A DNA stretch of 64,000 bases, taken from positions 74,652-138,651 of the forward strand of contig JAVZPM010000002.1 of NCBI GenBank assembly GCA_038881595.1. Direction: 5' to 3'. Within the stretch, counting starts at the first letter, position 1. Every line of letters starts with the position of its first letter. The stretch comes from Candidatus Micrarchaeia archaeon (lineage in GTDB: Archaea > Micrarchaeota > Micrarchaeia > CABMEP01). Under the pieces are notes generated by a model, which did not search any database, was not told where the DNA came from, and saw nothing but the letters and a program-made list of their open reading frames with translations. The position numbers and the translations under genes are program-made. Below, piece by piece: positions 48,303 through 59,356 of the stretch.

Positions 48303-50030
48303 TTATCTTTTAGAAAACCATTCTATTAGTTTTTTGAAATCCATTGTATTTAAAATATCATTCTTTTCACACCACCCTCTTCTTGCCACTCCAATTCCAT
48401 ATTCTATATAATTAAGATGGTCAACTGCATGTGCGTCAGTGTTTATACATAATTTTATTCCCATCTCCTTTGCTTTTCTTGCATATATGTCATTTAAGTC
48501 TAATCTTAATGGAAAGCTATTTATTTCCATTGCTATCTTTCTCTCTTTACATACTTCCATAATCTGATCCATGTCAACTTCATAAGGCATTCTTTCATTT
48601 ATGAGTCTTCCTGTTGGATGTCCAAGTATCTTTACATATTTATTTTCTAACGCTTTAAGAATACGGTTTGTCATTTCTGATTTGGGTGATTTGAATCTTG
48701 AGTGAACTGAAGCTACGACATAATCCAATCTCTTTAATATATCATCAGAATAATCCAAGCTTCCATCTGGAAGTATGCTTACTTCGCTGCTATGCAGAAT
48801 TTGTATTCCTTTTATTTTTTTTCTGATTTCTTTTATAGCTTCAATCTGTTCTTGAATTCTTTTTTCACTCATTCCATTTGCAATTCTTTCTGATTTTGAG
48901 TGGTCTGCAATTCCAATATATTCATATCCTTTTTTCTTTGCAGCTATTACCATTTCCTCTATTGTTCCACTTCCTTCTGACCAATTAGTATGAACATGGA
49001 GGTCTCCTTTTATGTCTTTAATCTCTATAAGATTTGGCAATTTGTCCTCTATTGCAGCCTTTATCTCTCCTTTATTTTCACGAAGCTCAGGTGGGATCCA
49101 TTTCATTCCAAGCTTTTCATAAATTTCTTCTTCATTTTCTCCAGCAATTTGCTTTTCTTCTTTAAATATCCCGTATTCGTTTAATTTCCATCCTTTTGAA
49201 ATTGCAATCTTTCTCAATTCAATATTATGCTCTTTATTGCCAGTAAAATACTGCAAGGCTGCGCCAAAAGATTTTGATTCGATTATCCTTAGATCCACCT
49301 GAATCCTATACTCCCCTTTTTCTATAACAACCATTGATTTCTTCTCTCCTTTAGCGAGAACTTCTACAACATTAGAAAGAGAAACAAATCTATCCATTAT
49401 TTCTTTTCCGTCAGTAACTTCAGCTAATATGTCTATATCACCTATTGTTTCCACTCTTCTTCTTAAAGAGCCACCAATCTCTATTCTTTTAACTCCTTTC
49501 GTACTCTTCAATTCTTCTACGATCTCTCTGGCTATAGGAAGCGCAACCCCAAGTGGCAACCTTTCCTTTCCTTTCTTTGCAATCTCTATTGCCTTGATTA
49601 TGTTTTCTTCTGTTTTTTCTCCAAACCCTTCTAATTTTGCAATTTTACCCTCTTTTGCTGCAGCTTCCAGCTCCTCTATTGAATTTATTTTGAGTTCCTT
49701 GTATAACCTTATTGCCTTTTTTGGACCCAAACCTTGGAGATCCATTATTTCTCTTAGTCCTTTCGGTATTTTTTTCCTTAATCTTTCATATTCCTTAACT
49801 TTACCTGTAAGTATGAATTCCTCTGTCTTCTTTGCTATGGCCTCACCAACCCCTGGGATCTCCATCAAAGCTTTTATTCCACCTTTTTTGTATACCTCTT
49901 CTATAGGTTCAGAAAGAGTTTCTATGGCCCTTGCAGCCTTTCTATATGCAATAGGTTTCCATTTTACATCTTGTAATTCAAGTATGTCTGCCATTGCATA
50001 AAATATGGCTGCAATTTCAATATTCTTCAT
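48303..50030 (-). CDS. polX: DNA polymerase X with PHP exonuclease domain
   Basis: GSLRR..TIGDIDIL, QVDLR, YFTG, DLHVHT.WSEG, NTDAH. Confidence 0.95.
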   Translation of the reverse strand: MKNIEIAAIFYAMADILELQDVKWKPIAYRKAARAIETLSEPIEEVYKKGGIKALMEIPGVGEAIAKKTEEFILTGKVKEYERLRKKIPKGLREIMDLQGLGPKKAIRLYKELKINSIEELEAAAKEGKIAKLEGFGEKTEENIIKAIEIAKKGKERLPLGVALPIAREIVEELKSTKGVKRIEIGGSLRRRVETIGDIDILAEVTDGKEIMDRFVSLSNVVEVLAKGEKKSMVVIEKGEYRIQVDLRIIESKSFGAALQYFTGNKEHNIELRKIAISKGWKLNEYGIFKEEKQIAGENEEEIYEKLGMKWIPPELRENKGEIKAAIEDKLPNLIEIKDIKGDLHVHTNWSEGSGTIEEMVIAAKKKGYEYIGIADHSKSERIANGMSEKRIQEQIEAIKEIRKKIKGIQILHSSEVSILPDGSLDYSDDILKRLDYVVASVHSRFKSPKSEMTNRILKALENKYVKILGHPTGRLINERMPYEVDMDQIMEVCKERKIAMEINSFPLRLDLNDIYARKAKEMGIKLCINTDAHAVDHLNYIEYGIGVARRGWCEKNDILNTMDFKKLIEWFSKR

Positions 50031-50099
50031 GAATCAGTTTTATGTTGTTGGTTTTAAATATTTTATGTTGTATATCTATTTATATTCTATTTATTCAAA

Positions 50100-52040
50100 G
50101 TGAGAATCATGAAGGCAAAATTACCAGACGGCTCTTCTTTAGAGTTCAAGAGCGGAGAAACCGGGTTTGATTTGGCAAATAAGATAGGCAAAAAATTAGC
50201 TAGTGATGCTGTTGCTTGCGTAGTCAACGGAAGGATTGTTGATCTTTCATATCCTTTGACAGAAGACTGTGAATTCAAGATTCTTACATTCAAAGATAAG
50301 GAAGGAAAAGAGGTATTTTGGCATAGCGCAAGCCATGTAATGGCAAAAGCGGTTAAAAGATTGTTTCCAGATGCAAGGCTTGCAATAGGTCCTGCAATAG
50401 AAGAAGGATTCTATTATGATTTTGATTTGGATCACACATTTACTCCTGAAGACTTCAAGCTTATAGAAGAGGAGTTCAAAAGAATAGTTGAAAAGAATGA
50501 ACCATTTCAAAGAAAAGAGATTACAATAGCAGAAGCAAAGAAAATATTTGCTGAAAGAAAAGAAAAATACAAGCTAGAGATGATAGAAGAATTGGAACAG
50601 CTTGGTGAACAGACAGTTTCTGTTTACTATACTGATAGTGATTTTGTTGATTTATGTAAAGGACCTCATCTCCCTTCCACTGGTAAGATAAAGGCATTTA
50701 AGATAATGAAGAATGCAGGTGCTTACTGGAGAGGAAATTCAAGAAACAAGATGCTCCAGAGACTTTATGCAGTTGCATATCCAGAACAAAAGATGCTGGA
50801 TGAATATGTAAGATTTTTGGAAGAGGCAGAAAAAAGAGATCATAGAAAATTGGGAAGAGAGCTTGGCATTTTCATGACTCATGATTATGCATTGGCAGGA
50901 AGTCCATTCTTTTTGGAAGGAGGAGTGGTTATTTATAATGAATTGCAGAAGTTTCTGAGAGAGGAATATCTGAAAAGAAACTACAATGAAGTTATAACAC
51001 CACAGGTTTTCAAGAAAGTTCTTTGGGAGACATCTGGACATTGGCAACATTATAGGCAGAATATGTTTTCATTTGAGATAAATGGAGAAGAGTATGCATT
51101 GAAGGCAATGAACTGTCCTTCTCATCTTTTAATCTATAATTCTACATCACACAGCTATAAAGATCTTCCGTATAGAATCGCAGATTTCGGCCAGCTGCAT
51201 AGAAATGAACTTGGTGGTGTGCTTGGAGGATTGACAAGAGTAACAAAATTTGCGCAGGATGATGCACACATATTTGTAACTCCAGAACAATTAGAGGATG
51301 AGATTTCTGATCTTCTTGCCTTTATTAAATACATTTATGGAGATCTTTTCGGATTCAAGTACAGAATGAAGCTATCAACAAAGCCAGAAGGTGCAATGGG
51401 AGATCCTAAGCTTTGGGAGAAAGCAGAAGAGGCATTGGCAAACGCATTAAAGAGAAATGGAATCGATTATATAATCAATCCTGGAGATGGAGCGTTTTAT
51501 GGTCCTAAGATTGATGTTGATATATCTGATGCATTGAATAGGCCATGGCAGTGTGCAACAATACAGCTTGATTTCCAGATGCCATTGAGATTTAATGCAA
51601 CTTATGTAGACAAGGATGGAACCAGAAAGCCAGTCATAATGATTCATAGAGCAATATTAGGAAGTATGGAAAGATTCATTGGAATACTAATTGAGCATTA
51701 CGCAGGAAAGTTCCCAACATGGCTCTCTCCAGTCCAAGTAATTCTTCTTCCTTTGACAGATGATCAGGTTGAATACTGCAAAGAACTTGATAAAAGAATG
51801 CGAGAGGTGGGAATAAGATCTGAAGTCGATGCAAGAAATGAAAAACTTGAGGCAAGAATAAGAGATGCTCAATTGAGAAAGATTCCTTATATAATTACAG
51901 TAGGAAAGAGAGAAATAGCTGCAGCTACCTTGTCTGTAAGAAAAAGAACCGGAGAGGTTTCATCATTACAAGTAGAGGAGTTCATAAAAAGAATAAAAGA
52001 AGAAATAGCAAGCAGATCAAAGGAGCTTAAGGTAATCTGA
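50100..52040 (+). CDS. thrS: Threonine--tRNA ligase (bacterial/eukaryal type with TGS and editing domains)
   Basis: HSASH, DLCKGPH, MNCPSH, GAFYGPKID, HRAILGSMERF. Confidence 0.96.
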   Translation: MRIMKAKLPDGSSLEFKSGETGFDLANKIGKKLASDAVACVVNGRIVDLSYPLTEDCEFKILTFKDKEGKEVFWHSASHVMAKAVKRLFPDARLAIGPAIEEGFYYDFDLDHTFTPEDFKLIEEEFKRIVEKNEPFQRKEITIAEAKKIFAERKEKYKLEMIEELEQLGEQTVSVYYTDSDFVDLCKGPHLPSTGKIKAFKIMKNAGAYWRGNSRNKMLQRLYAVAYPEQKMLDEYVRFLEEAEKRDHRKLGRELGIFMTHDYALAGSPFFLEGGVVIYNELQKFLREEYLKRNYNEVITPQVFKKVLWETSGHWQHYRQNMFSFEINGEEYALKAMNCPSHLLIYNSTSHSYKDLPYRIADFGQLHRNELGGVLGGLTRVTKFAQDDAHIFVTPEQLEDEISDLLAFIKYIYGDLFGFKYRMKLSTKPEGAMGDPKLWEKAEEALANALKRNGIDYIINPGDGAFYGPKIDVDISDALNRPWQCATIQLDFQMPLRFNATYVDKDGTRKPVIMIHRAILGSMERFIGILIEHYAGKFPTWLSPVQVILLPLTDDQVEYCKELDKRMREVGIRSEVDARNEKLEARIRDAQLRKIPYIITVGKREIAAATLSVRKRTGEVSSLQVEEFIKRIKEEIASRSKELKVI

Positions 52041-52084
52041 TTTTTCTGTTTTTTGATTTTGACATTAGCTCTTTTTTTCATGAA

Positions 52085-52993
52085 TTACTTTTTCTCTTTC
52101 TTTTCTATCATGGGGTAGATAAAGCTGAATGCAATTAATATTATTCCTGCTCCAAATATCATTAATCCTTGTGCCAATATACTTCCAAATATTGGAGATA
52201 GAAAGTCAATTATGTTTGTCATTGTTATTAGCTGTTGAGATGATGTCACTCCTGTTCCAGATACTGCATCCTTTACAACATTCGGCAAGAAGAATGATCC
52301 TGCTGATATTAATATCCCAGTTATCAGTAAAGGCCAGCCAAGGGTTTTTGCAAAGTCTTTCAAGTTAAGGGTAAGTATGAATATAATCACTACTATTACC
52401 AAAATTACAATAAATAACTGAGAAACCATGTTCTTAAACATCAGTACATTATTTTTAAGATCGACAAGAGCTTGTTTTGTTCCAGGTGCAACCTGTTCAA
52501 CATCAAGTGGATCAGGTATCGACTTTACTATGTCCAGTTCATTTGCTAAGCTGGTTGCAGCTGACTGAGACAATCCTATCTTGTCTATAATAAGGTTAGC
52601 AATTCCTTCTGCTATTTTGGGTTTGAGGGATATTGAAAGGTTAACGCCTTTTGTTTCATCATTAAGATACCACATTAAATTTCTTATATTTCTATCCACT
52701 TCTCCTTTCACCCATTCTTTGGTTATAGATTTTGACATTGCATTCTTCAGATCTGTTTCAGTTATTCCATACGTAGTAAGTTGACTTGCCGGGATCTGTG
52801 AAGATATCATGTTAAGCAATCCATTTTGTATTTTTATGTACATTCCTGTCTTTTCAAACTGAGTCTCATAATACTTTTGATCAAGAAGATTGGATTGAAT
52901 TGTATTCATTATTATATAGGATGGCAATGCAGCCATTAGAATAAGTACAAGTATTCCGATTACAAATCCCTTAAGCAGATCAATTATACCCAT
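52085..52993 (-). CDS. Hypothetical membrane protein
   Basis: One N-terminal and about three C-terminal TM segments around a soluble loop. Confidence 0.7.
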   Translation of the reverse strand: MGIIDLLKGFVIGILVLILMAALPSYIIMNTIQSNLLDQKYYETQFEKTGMYIKIQNGLLNMISSQIPASQLTTYGITETDLKNAMSKSITKEWVKGEVDRNIRNLMWYLNDETKGVNLSISLKPKIAEGIANLIIDKIGLSQSAATSLANELDIVKSIPDPLDVEQVAPGTKQALVDLKNNVLMFKNMVSQLFIVILVIVVIIFILTLNLKDFAKTLGWPLLITGILISAGSFFLPNVVKDAVSGTGVTSSQQLITMTNIIDFLSPIFGSILAQGLMIFGAGIILIAFSFIYPMIEKKEKK

Positions 52994-53071
52994 ATATTCA
53001 CCTATAATTTATTGAACATCAAATCTGATTGTTAATCTAAATTTATATAGTTTTCTCTTATATATTCAATC

Positions 53072-54823
53072 ATGGTTGAAGACGATTCAAAGAAGGAAGT
53101 TCTTGATGCAGATGCATATTATGAAAAAGGAAACTATTACTATGAACAAGGAGATTATGACAGAGCTATAGAAAATTACAACATGGCTATAATTCTTAAT
53201 CCTAGATTTTTAGAATGCTATTTTAATAGGGCTTTATGTTATTATAATAAAAAGAATTATGACAAGGCAATAGAAGATTACACTAAAGCTATAGAGATTG
53301 ATCCAGATAATCCAATGATCTATAACAACAGAGGAGATGCGTATTATAGGAAACAAGATTTTGAAAAGGCGATAGCGGATTACAATAAGGCTATAAGCCT
53401 TAATCCTGAATATTTAAAGGCATACTATAATAGGGGATTGGCATATGCATCAATGCAGGATTATGAAAGCGGAGTAGAGAACTTCACCAAGGTTATAGAG
53501 CTTGATCCTAATTTTGTAGAGGCATATAATGCAAGAGGATTGGCATATGAATTTCTTGAGAAATATGACGAAGCAATCGCAGATTATCAGAAAGCATTAG
53601 AGATAAATCCTAATTTCACAGAGGCACAAGAGCACTTGGCAGCAGCACAGAAAAAGAAATCAGAAAAAGAAGCATCCAGTGGCGAAGGTGTTTCAGCTGT
53701 CAAATTCATGGCAAAGCCAAAGGTAACTTTCAAGGACGTAGTGGGAATGGACCATGTAAAAGAACTGATCAGAGAGTACATAGTTTATCCATTGAAAGAC
53801 CCTGAGCTTGCAAGGAAATATGGAAAGTTTGGTGGAGGTGGAGTTCTTTTCTATGGGCCGCCTGGATGTGGTAAAACGTTTATCATGAAGGCGGCAGCAG
53901 GAGAGGTTGGTGCAAACTTCCTTAATGTTAAATTAAGCGATGTTCTCGACATGTATGTAGGTAACACCGAAAAGAACATTAGAAATATTTTCGAAGCCGC
54001 AAGAAAAGCAGCACCATGTATAATATTCATAGATGAAATTGATGGTTTGGGGGGAAGAAGAGAACAAATGAAGGAATCAGGTCAATACATGAGGATGGCA
54101 GTCAACCAATTGCTTTATGAAATGGATGGTGTTGAGGCAAGAAATGAAAATGTATTAGTAGTAGCGGCAACAAACGCACCATGGGATGTTGATCCTGCAT
54201 TAAGAAGAGCTGGAAGATTTTCAAAACTTATTTATGTAGGGGAACCAGATTATGCATCAAGAAAGGCAATGTTTCAATACTATGCAAAAGGAAGACCTGT
54301 TTCTAAGAATGTCGATTGGGATAGACTAGCAAGGGCAACTGAAGGATATTCCTCTTCTGACATTAAGGCAATTAGTGATGATGCAGCAGCTATCCCATGG
54401 ATAGAGGCTTTAAAGACAGGAAAGCAAAGAGAGATAACAATGAAGGACTACATAGAAGTATTGGATCCATTTGCAGCAGATCCGATTAAATATCTAACCT
54501 CTGCTAAAAAGCCTAAAGGAAAGAAGTCATCTCTTCCCCCATGGTATGAAAGTGCAAAGAAAGAGATAGGTAAGCAGGAAGAAGTGGAGACAGTTGATGG
54601 TAAAGAAATAAAGAGAATAAAGGAACCAAAAATGCCACCGGGAGAAAGGGAGTATTTCAAAGAATTGATAGATCTAATTGAAAGTAGAAATAAACCCCAC
54701 AATAAATTCTTTCTTTGGTTATGGAGAAAAAGTGCTCTTTATCAAGATTACTTAGTTCCATTTGTTATTGCAGGAATAATATATTTGCTTTATATCACAT
54801 TTCAATCTTCTTTAGGCTTCTAA
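53072..54823 (+). CDS. TPR-repeat AAA+ ATPase with C-terminal membrane anchor
   Basis: Five 34-aa TPRs, GPPGCGKT, MYVG pore loop, IFIDEID, ATNAPWDVDPALRRAGRF, TM YLVPFVIAGIIYLLYITF. Confidence 0.9.
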   Translation: MVEDDSKKEVLDADAYYEKGNYYYEQGDYDRAIENYNMAIILNPRFLECYFNRALCYYNKKNYDKAIEDYTKAIEIDPDNPMIYNNRGDAYYRKQDFEKAIADYNKAISLNPEYLKAYYNRGLAYASMQDYESGVENFTKVIELDPNFVEAYNARGLAYEFLEKYDEAIADYQKALEINPNFTEAQEHLAAAQKKKSEKEASSGEGVSAVKFMAKPKVTFKDVVGMDHVKELIREYIVYPLKDPELARKYGKFGGGGVLFYGPPGCGKTFIMKAAAGEVGANFLNVKLSDVLDMYVGNTEKNIRNIFEAARKAAPCIIFIDEIDGLGGRREQMKESGQYMRMAVNQLLYEMDGVEARNENVLVVAATNAPWDVDPALRRAGRFSKLIYVGEPDYASRKAMFQYYAKGRPVSKNVDWDRLARATEGYSSSDIKAISDDAAAIPWIEALKTGKQREITMKDYIEVLDPFAADPIKYLTSAKKPKGKKSSLPPWYESAKKEIGKQEEVETVDGKEIKRIKEPKMPPGEREYFKELIDLIESRNKPHNKFFLWLWRKSALYQDYLVPFVIAGIIYLLYITFQSSLGF

Positions 54824-54845
54824 TTATTTAGTTAGTGGTGATTTA

Positions 54846-56036
54846 ATGATTCATATAAATTATTCTAATTCCAATCCTATAGATTTAAGGAATTATGAAA
54901 TAGTAGAAAGGAAAGGATTAGGTCATCCAGATACTCTAACTGATGGGATAATAGAAGAAATAAGTAGACAACTTTCTATTGAATATTTGAACAATTTTGG
55001 AAAGATAATCCATCACAATGTAGATAAAGCCATGATAACTGGAGGAGCGACACACGTTGAATTCGGAGGTGGTCATTTCTTAAAACCTATCGATATAACA
55101 TTAAGTGGTCGAGCCACCTCTCAAATAGGAAACACAATAATTCCAGTTACTCAAATTGCAATAAAGGCAACACACCAATATCTAAAGAAGGTAGCCAGAA
55201 ATCTCAGCGAATATGATTTTACAGTGGAATCAAAGATTTCGCAAGGTTCACGTTCATTAACCTCTTTAGTGGAACCAAAAATGCCAAGATGTAATGACAC
55301 GTCAATTTGTGTAGGTTATGCGCCTCTTTCAGTTTTAGAAAAAACTGTACTTCAAACTGAAAAAGAGTTGAATTCTAAATCTTTTAAGTCAAAATATCCT
55401 GAAGTAGGAGAAGACATTAAAGTTATGGGTTGTAGGACTAAGTCAAAAAAAGAAAAGAATATCATTGAGTTAACAATCGCAGCTGCCTTTGTTTCTAAAT
55501 ATGTTTCTTCACTAAGCGATTACAATTCAAAGAAAGAAAGACTAAAGGAAAATGCTAAGAAAATAGCAGAAAGAATTGCAGGAAGTGATTATGAAGTTAT
55601 AGTAAACGTCAATACTGCTGATAAAGGAGATAATATTTATCTCACTGTTTCAGGTTTAAGCTGCGAGATGGGTGATGATGGAAGCGCAGGGAGAGGAAAT
55701 AGAGCGAATGGTTTAATCTCTCCAACTAGAATAATGACGATGGAGGCAGTTGCGGGAAAAAATCCAGTGAGCCACATAGGCAAGATTTATTCTGTTCTTG
55801 CAAATAGAATTGCAAATGATATATGTGAACTTGGTGCAATTGAGTGTAACGTTTTTTTGCAATCAAAAATTGGCAATCCAATAAATAAACCTTCAGCAGC
55901 AATTGCTGATATAATATGGGATAAAGAGAAAATAAAGGAAAATGAGAATAAAATAAATTCAATATTTAAAGAGCATCTAGATTCTATTCCTGAGTTAACA
56001 TTGGAATTCATTAAAGGAAATGTTTTTGAACTTTGA
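54846..56036 (+). CDS. mat: Archaeal S-adenosylmethionine synthetase
   Basis: [40 protein letters not shown]. Confidence 0.95.
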   Translation: MIHINYSNSNPIDLRNYEIVERKGLGHPDTLTDGIIEEISRQLSIEYLNNFGKIIHHNVDKAMITGGATHVEFGGGHFLKPIDITLSGRATSQIGNTIIPVTQIAIKATHQYLKKVARNLSEYDFTVESKISQGSRSLTSLVEPKMPRCNDTSICVGYAPLSVLEKTVLQTEKELNSKSFKSKYPEVGEDIKVMGCRTKSKKEKNIIELTIAAAFVSKYVSSLSDYNSKKERLKENAKKIAERIAGSDYEVIVNVNTADKGDNIYLTVSGLSCEMGDDGSAGRGNRANGLISPTRIMTMEAVAGKNPVSHIGKIYSVLANRIANDICELGAIECNVFLQSKIGNPINKPSAAIADIIWDKEKIKENENKINSIFKEHLDSIPELTLEFIKGNVFEL

Positions 56037-56111
56037 TTTGTATTGCCCTTTTATAAGATTAGCAGAATTAATAATTACAAATCATTCCGTTTATTTTTAG
56101 GTGATAAAAAA

Positions 56112-56844
56112 ATGAGCTATGAAAAGGTTCATAAAATTAAGCAAATTAATTAGAACGATATTGACAAGAGAGCAGGTAGGTTGACAGTCTTTACAGGACC
56201 TATGTGGTCAAAGAAGACTGCGCTTTTAATAGAAGAGATATGGCAATCAGAATATATGGGACTTAAAACAAAAGCTTTTTTTACATCGTCTTTCTCGTAA
56301 TGATCAAATCCAAAGTAGAATGAGTCTTAAGACATATAATGTAAAAATAGAAAATGCTTTTGAGATATTTAAGTAAATTGAATTAGATACGCAAGTTATA
56401 GCTATTGACGAGGTACAATTTTTTGGCAATGAAATTTTAACAGCTATAAAAATATTGATAAACGGCGGGAAAGAGATCTTTGTCTCAGGTTTAGATTTAA
56501 ATTGGAAAGGAGAACCATTCGGCCCAATGGGCGGATTAATGGCAATGGCAGATGAGGTTATAAAATCAAAAGCAGCGTGCAGCATTCCAGGTTACCAACT
56601 TGCAAGATATGCTACAAAGAGAGGATTTAATTCATTTGATTTAAATGGTAGTCAATTAGATACAACTAATGCTCCAAATATTTTTGTAGGTGATGAAAAT
56701 ATAGAGAGCAAGGTATATCCTACAAGATGTAACCTTCATTGGCATTATATTTTATCAAATGAAGAAAAAGAAACTATAGATGAATTAAGTGAGGAGATAA
56801 AATCGATGATAAAAATGATAGAAGAAAAACGTAAAAAAATATGA
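56112..56844 (+). pseudogene. tdk: Thymidine kinase pseudogene
   Basis: FTGPMWSKKT, AIDEVQFF, SGLDLNWKGEPFG; TAG at 56151, +1 shift in T7 run 56276-56282, TAA at 56374. Confidence 0.88.
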
Positions 56845-56925
56845 ATGACTGATTTTATCTTATTAAAAGGCAGACTAATAAATCTGGAACGAAAGGTTTA
56901 TATATTTCATATATGTTAGAAATTT

Positions 56926-58038
56926 ATGCACAGAAAAGAATATCTATTGAAATTTGAGCCAGTTGGCTGTCAGCATTTTGTATTTCAAATCAAAGAACCA
57001 AAAAAGGAAGAGATATTTATTTCTCAAGTTGGTAAGTACATCAAAATAGAGGATGAAAACGTAAAATTCGTTATAAACAAAGAGTTTTATAAAGTTTTTT
57101 TGGACGGAGTCCATAAATTCAAAGGCCATATATCCCTTTCTCCTTCTACAGGAAATATTGTACAGAGAGTAGATGTAAGTTACGGTGAGAATACTACACA
57201 AAAAAAGCTTAAATATGTAATAAAAGCAGGAAGACCTAATAAAGTAGAGAAGGAGTTCAATTATTATCTCAGGCTTTACAAGACGCCCAATATAAAGACA
57301 TTGTATCCTATCGGATATGTAATAAATAAGAAATCTAACACTGCAGTTTCAGGGTTTCATTTTACAAGATTGGAAGAAAACGTTATCCCGCTTTCATCCA
57401 TAGACCATAAATCAATATTAAAAGAAGAAAGAGTGGGTTACATTTCAATGTGTGCAGAAATTCTTGCCAATCTGCACTTTAGAGGATATACTCACAATGA
57501 TCCAAACTTAAAGAATTTCCTTTTAAAAGCCGGAAAAGATATGCTAATAATTGATTTTGTTAATTCAAACTTTAGAAACGAACCTTACATATATACTCTA
57601 AAAAATAAGTTAACAGATAATAAAATGCAAGCAGTTAGATATGACATACTCACATTTTTAGGTCAAGCAGTGTTTAATGAAATGATAAGAGAAACTGATG
57701 AAATTATATACTTTATAAAAAGTTATGTAAAAGCACAAAGAAAATTGTCAGACGATCCAGATTTAGAAAAGGTAAAGCCACACGAAGGCCAGCTCTTTCT
57801 TGTAGATCTTTTAAATGCTATTTCTTTGCATAAATCAGATATGAATATTGCAAATATAATAAAAGTTTTGAAAGGTAAGGAAAATGCAGAAGAGAAAATT
57901 TATGAAGAGAATAGTTACTTAAATCAGTCTCTGTTTGATTTTATCAGTAAAGATAAAGATAAAATAGGTAATGGGACAACAAATAGTATAAACTGTTGTG
58001 GTGAGGTGGAACCCAATGGAGAGCAAGCAAAACAATAA
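56926..58038 (+). CDS. Protein-kinase-like fold protein (Kdo/WaaP/RIO-like)
   Basis: YVIK..E, LHFRGYTHNDPNLKNFL catalytic loop, IIDF. Confidence 0.7.
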   Translation: MHRKEYLLKFEPVGCQHFVFQIKEPKKEEIFISQVGKYIKIEDENVKFVINKEFYKVFLDGVHKFKGHISLSPSTGNIVQRVDVSYGENTTQKKLKYVIKAGRPNKVEKEFNYYLRLYKTPNIKTLYPIGYVINKKSNTAVSGFHFTRLEENVIPLSSIDHKSILKEERVGYISMCAEILANLHFRGYTHNDPNLKNFLLKAGKDMLIIDFVNSNFRNEPYIYTLKNKLTDNKMQAVRYDILTFLGQAVFNEMIRETDEIIYFIKSYVKAQRKLSDDPDLEKVKPHEGQLFLVDLLNAISLHKSDMNIANIIKVLKGKENAEEKIYEENSYLNQSLFDFISKDKDKIGNGTTNSINCCGEVEPNGEQAKQ

Positions 58039-59104
58039 AAAATTAGAGGAGAATTTGAATGATGACGATTCATTAGGTCTAAATCCAAAACATGAAGGTT
58101 TAATAAAAGAAAATCTTTCAGGTTCTGCTCATGATAGAGTAGTTCATTCATTAGTTGAAGCATTTAATATGAATCCAGTAATAAGACAAGAGGCATACGA
58201 TAGAATAAAGTCATCTGGAAGACTCGCTCTACCTACCTTATATGCAATAATGCTTGATGATGAGGTATGTACCTACATTTCTGCCAAATCACTTGGAATT
58301 AAAAGAAGAGAAATGGAAACCAAGTTAAAAGATAAAGAAATTGAAGATAAGATTAATATAAGAAACACATGCTTAAGAATAGCAGTACCACCTTTAATCT
58401 CAAAAATCGTGTCTAATCTAGAATATGAAGAAAAAAATAGAGCAGTTGAAGTATTCCAAAAAGTTCTGTTAAGGGAAAAAAACCAAGATGTAATTCATTC
58501 GGTCCTTCTTTCTTTGGAAAAGGTTGGCGATGCAGCTATTACATTAATTCATTTATTCAACGAAATTGCTAAAAATCCAAAATACTCTCAAAGGAATAGA
58601 AGTCAGGCAATTCTACTAATTGCAAAAGCCGTAGAATTTACAAAAAGTTCTGGAAATTTACTTACTAATATCATTTCAAATCCCAATGAAAATTTTGATG
58701 TGGTGAAAGGTGCAATATCTGTTCTTACAGATTCAGCAGAATTTTTGAGTAAAGAACAGGCAAATGAAATAGTGCGCATATTAACCACAAATCCGAAATT
58801 TATAGAAGATACAGATTTTAGAAATAGATGTATAGAATTATTTTCAGCTTGTGGTAGTAAAGTTCTTGAACAGATGTTTTCAATAATACAGGATGAAAAT
58901 AAACCTCTAGAGATTAGAGAAGCAGCATGTTTTACTTGTTTTGGAATTGCAAAAAAAGACTATAATTTAGAATATTATATATTAGATTCCTTTTCAAAAT
59001 TAATTGATAAACTTAGACCAGAAACACAAATAACATCATTAGTTGACAACAATTCAAAAATTTACAATTTATTAGTAGATTTAGCGAAGAAATTAAGCTA
59101 TTAA
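58016..59104 (+). CDS. HEAT/ARM-repeat protein
   Basis: IRQEAYDRI, VIHSVLLSLEKVG, IREAACF helical repeats; ATG 58016 after GAGGTG, overlapping the kinase gene end. Confidence 0.65.
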   Translation: MESKQNNKKLEENLNDDDSLGLNPKHEGLIKENLSGSAHDRVVHSLVEAFNMNPVIRQEAYDRIKSSGRLALPTLYAIMLDDEVCTYISAKSLGIKRREMETKLKDKEIEDKINIRNTCLRIAVPPLISKIVSNLEYEEKNRAVEVFQKVLLREKNQDVIHSVLLSLEKVGDAAITLIHLFNEIAKNPKYSQRNRSQAILLIAKAVEFTKSSGNLLTNIISNPNENFDVVKGAISVLTDSAEFLSKEQANEIVRILTTNPKFIEDTDFRNRCIELFSACGSKVLEQMFSIIQDENKPLEIREAACFTCFGIAKKDYNLEYYILDSFSKLIDKLRPETQITSLVDNNSKIYNLLVDLAKKLSY

Positions 59105-59132
59105 TGAGATTATATTTAGTTTGATGAGAAAC

Positions 59133-59299
59133 ATGAATAAAAAAAGAAAATAGAAGTCGGAGTTGTAATTTCAAGCGAGGTTAAAAGAGACATTGGAAGG
59201 ATAGTGAGTATAAATCCTAAAAAACTGAAGGATTTAGAGCAAAAAGGTGAGGAAAACAAACTAGGCAGAATTTACTTAATCCGGGATAGGAAGAAATAA
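59133..59299 (+). pseudogene. Possible remnant of a Cdc48/VAT N-domain gene
   Basis: After a frameshift in an A run: IEVGVVISSEVKRDIGRIVSINPKKLKDL, resembling Cdc48 RDVGRGIVRIDPK. Confidence 0.3.
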
Positions 59300-59356
59300 T
59301 GAAGATGTATAAGAAATTTATTCTACAAAGAAATTAAAATGAGAATCGCTCTTATT

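Noticed and set aside
56151..56376. Stop-codon reassignment explaining in-frame stops in tdk
   Set aside because: Two different stops plus a frameshift; TAG and TAA end normal genes in this window
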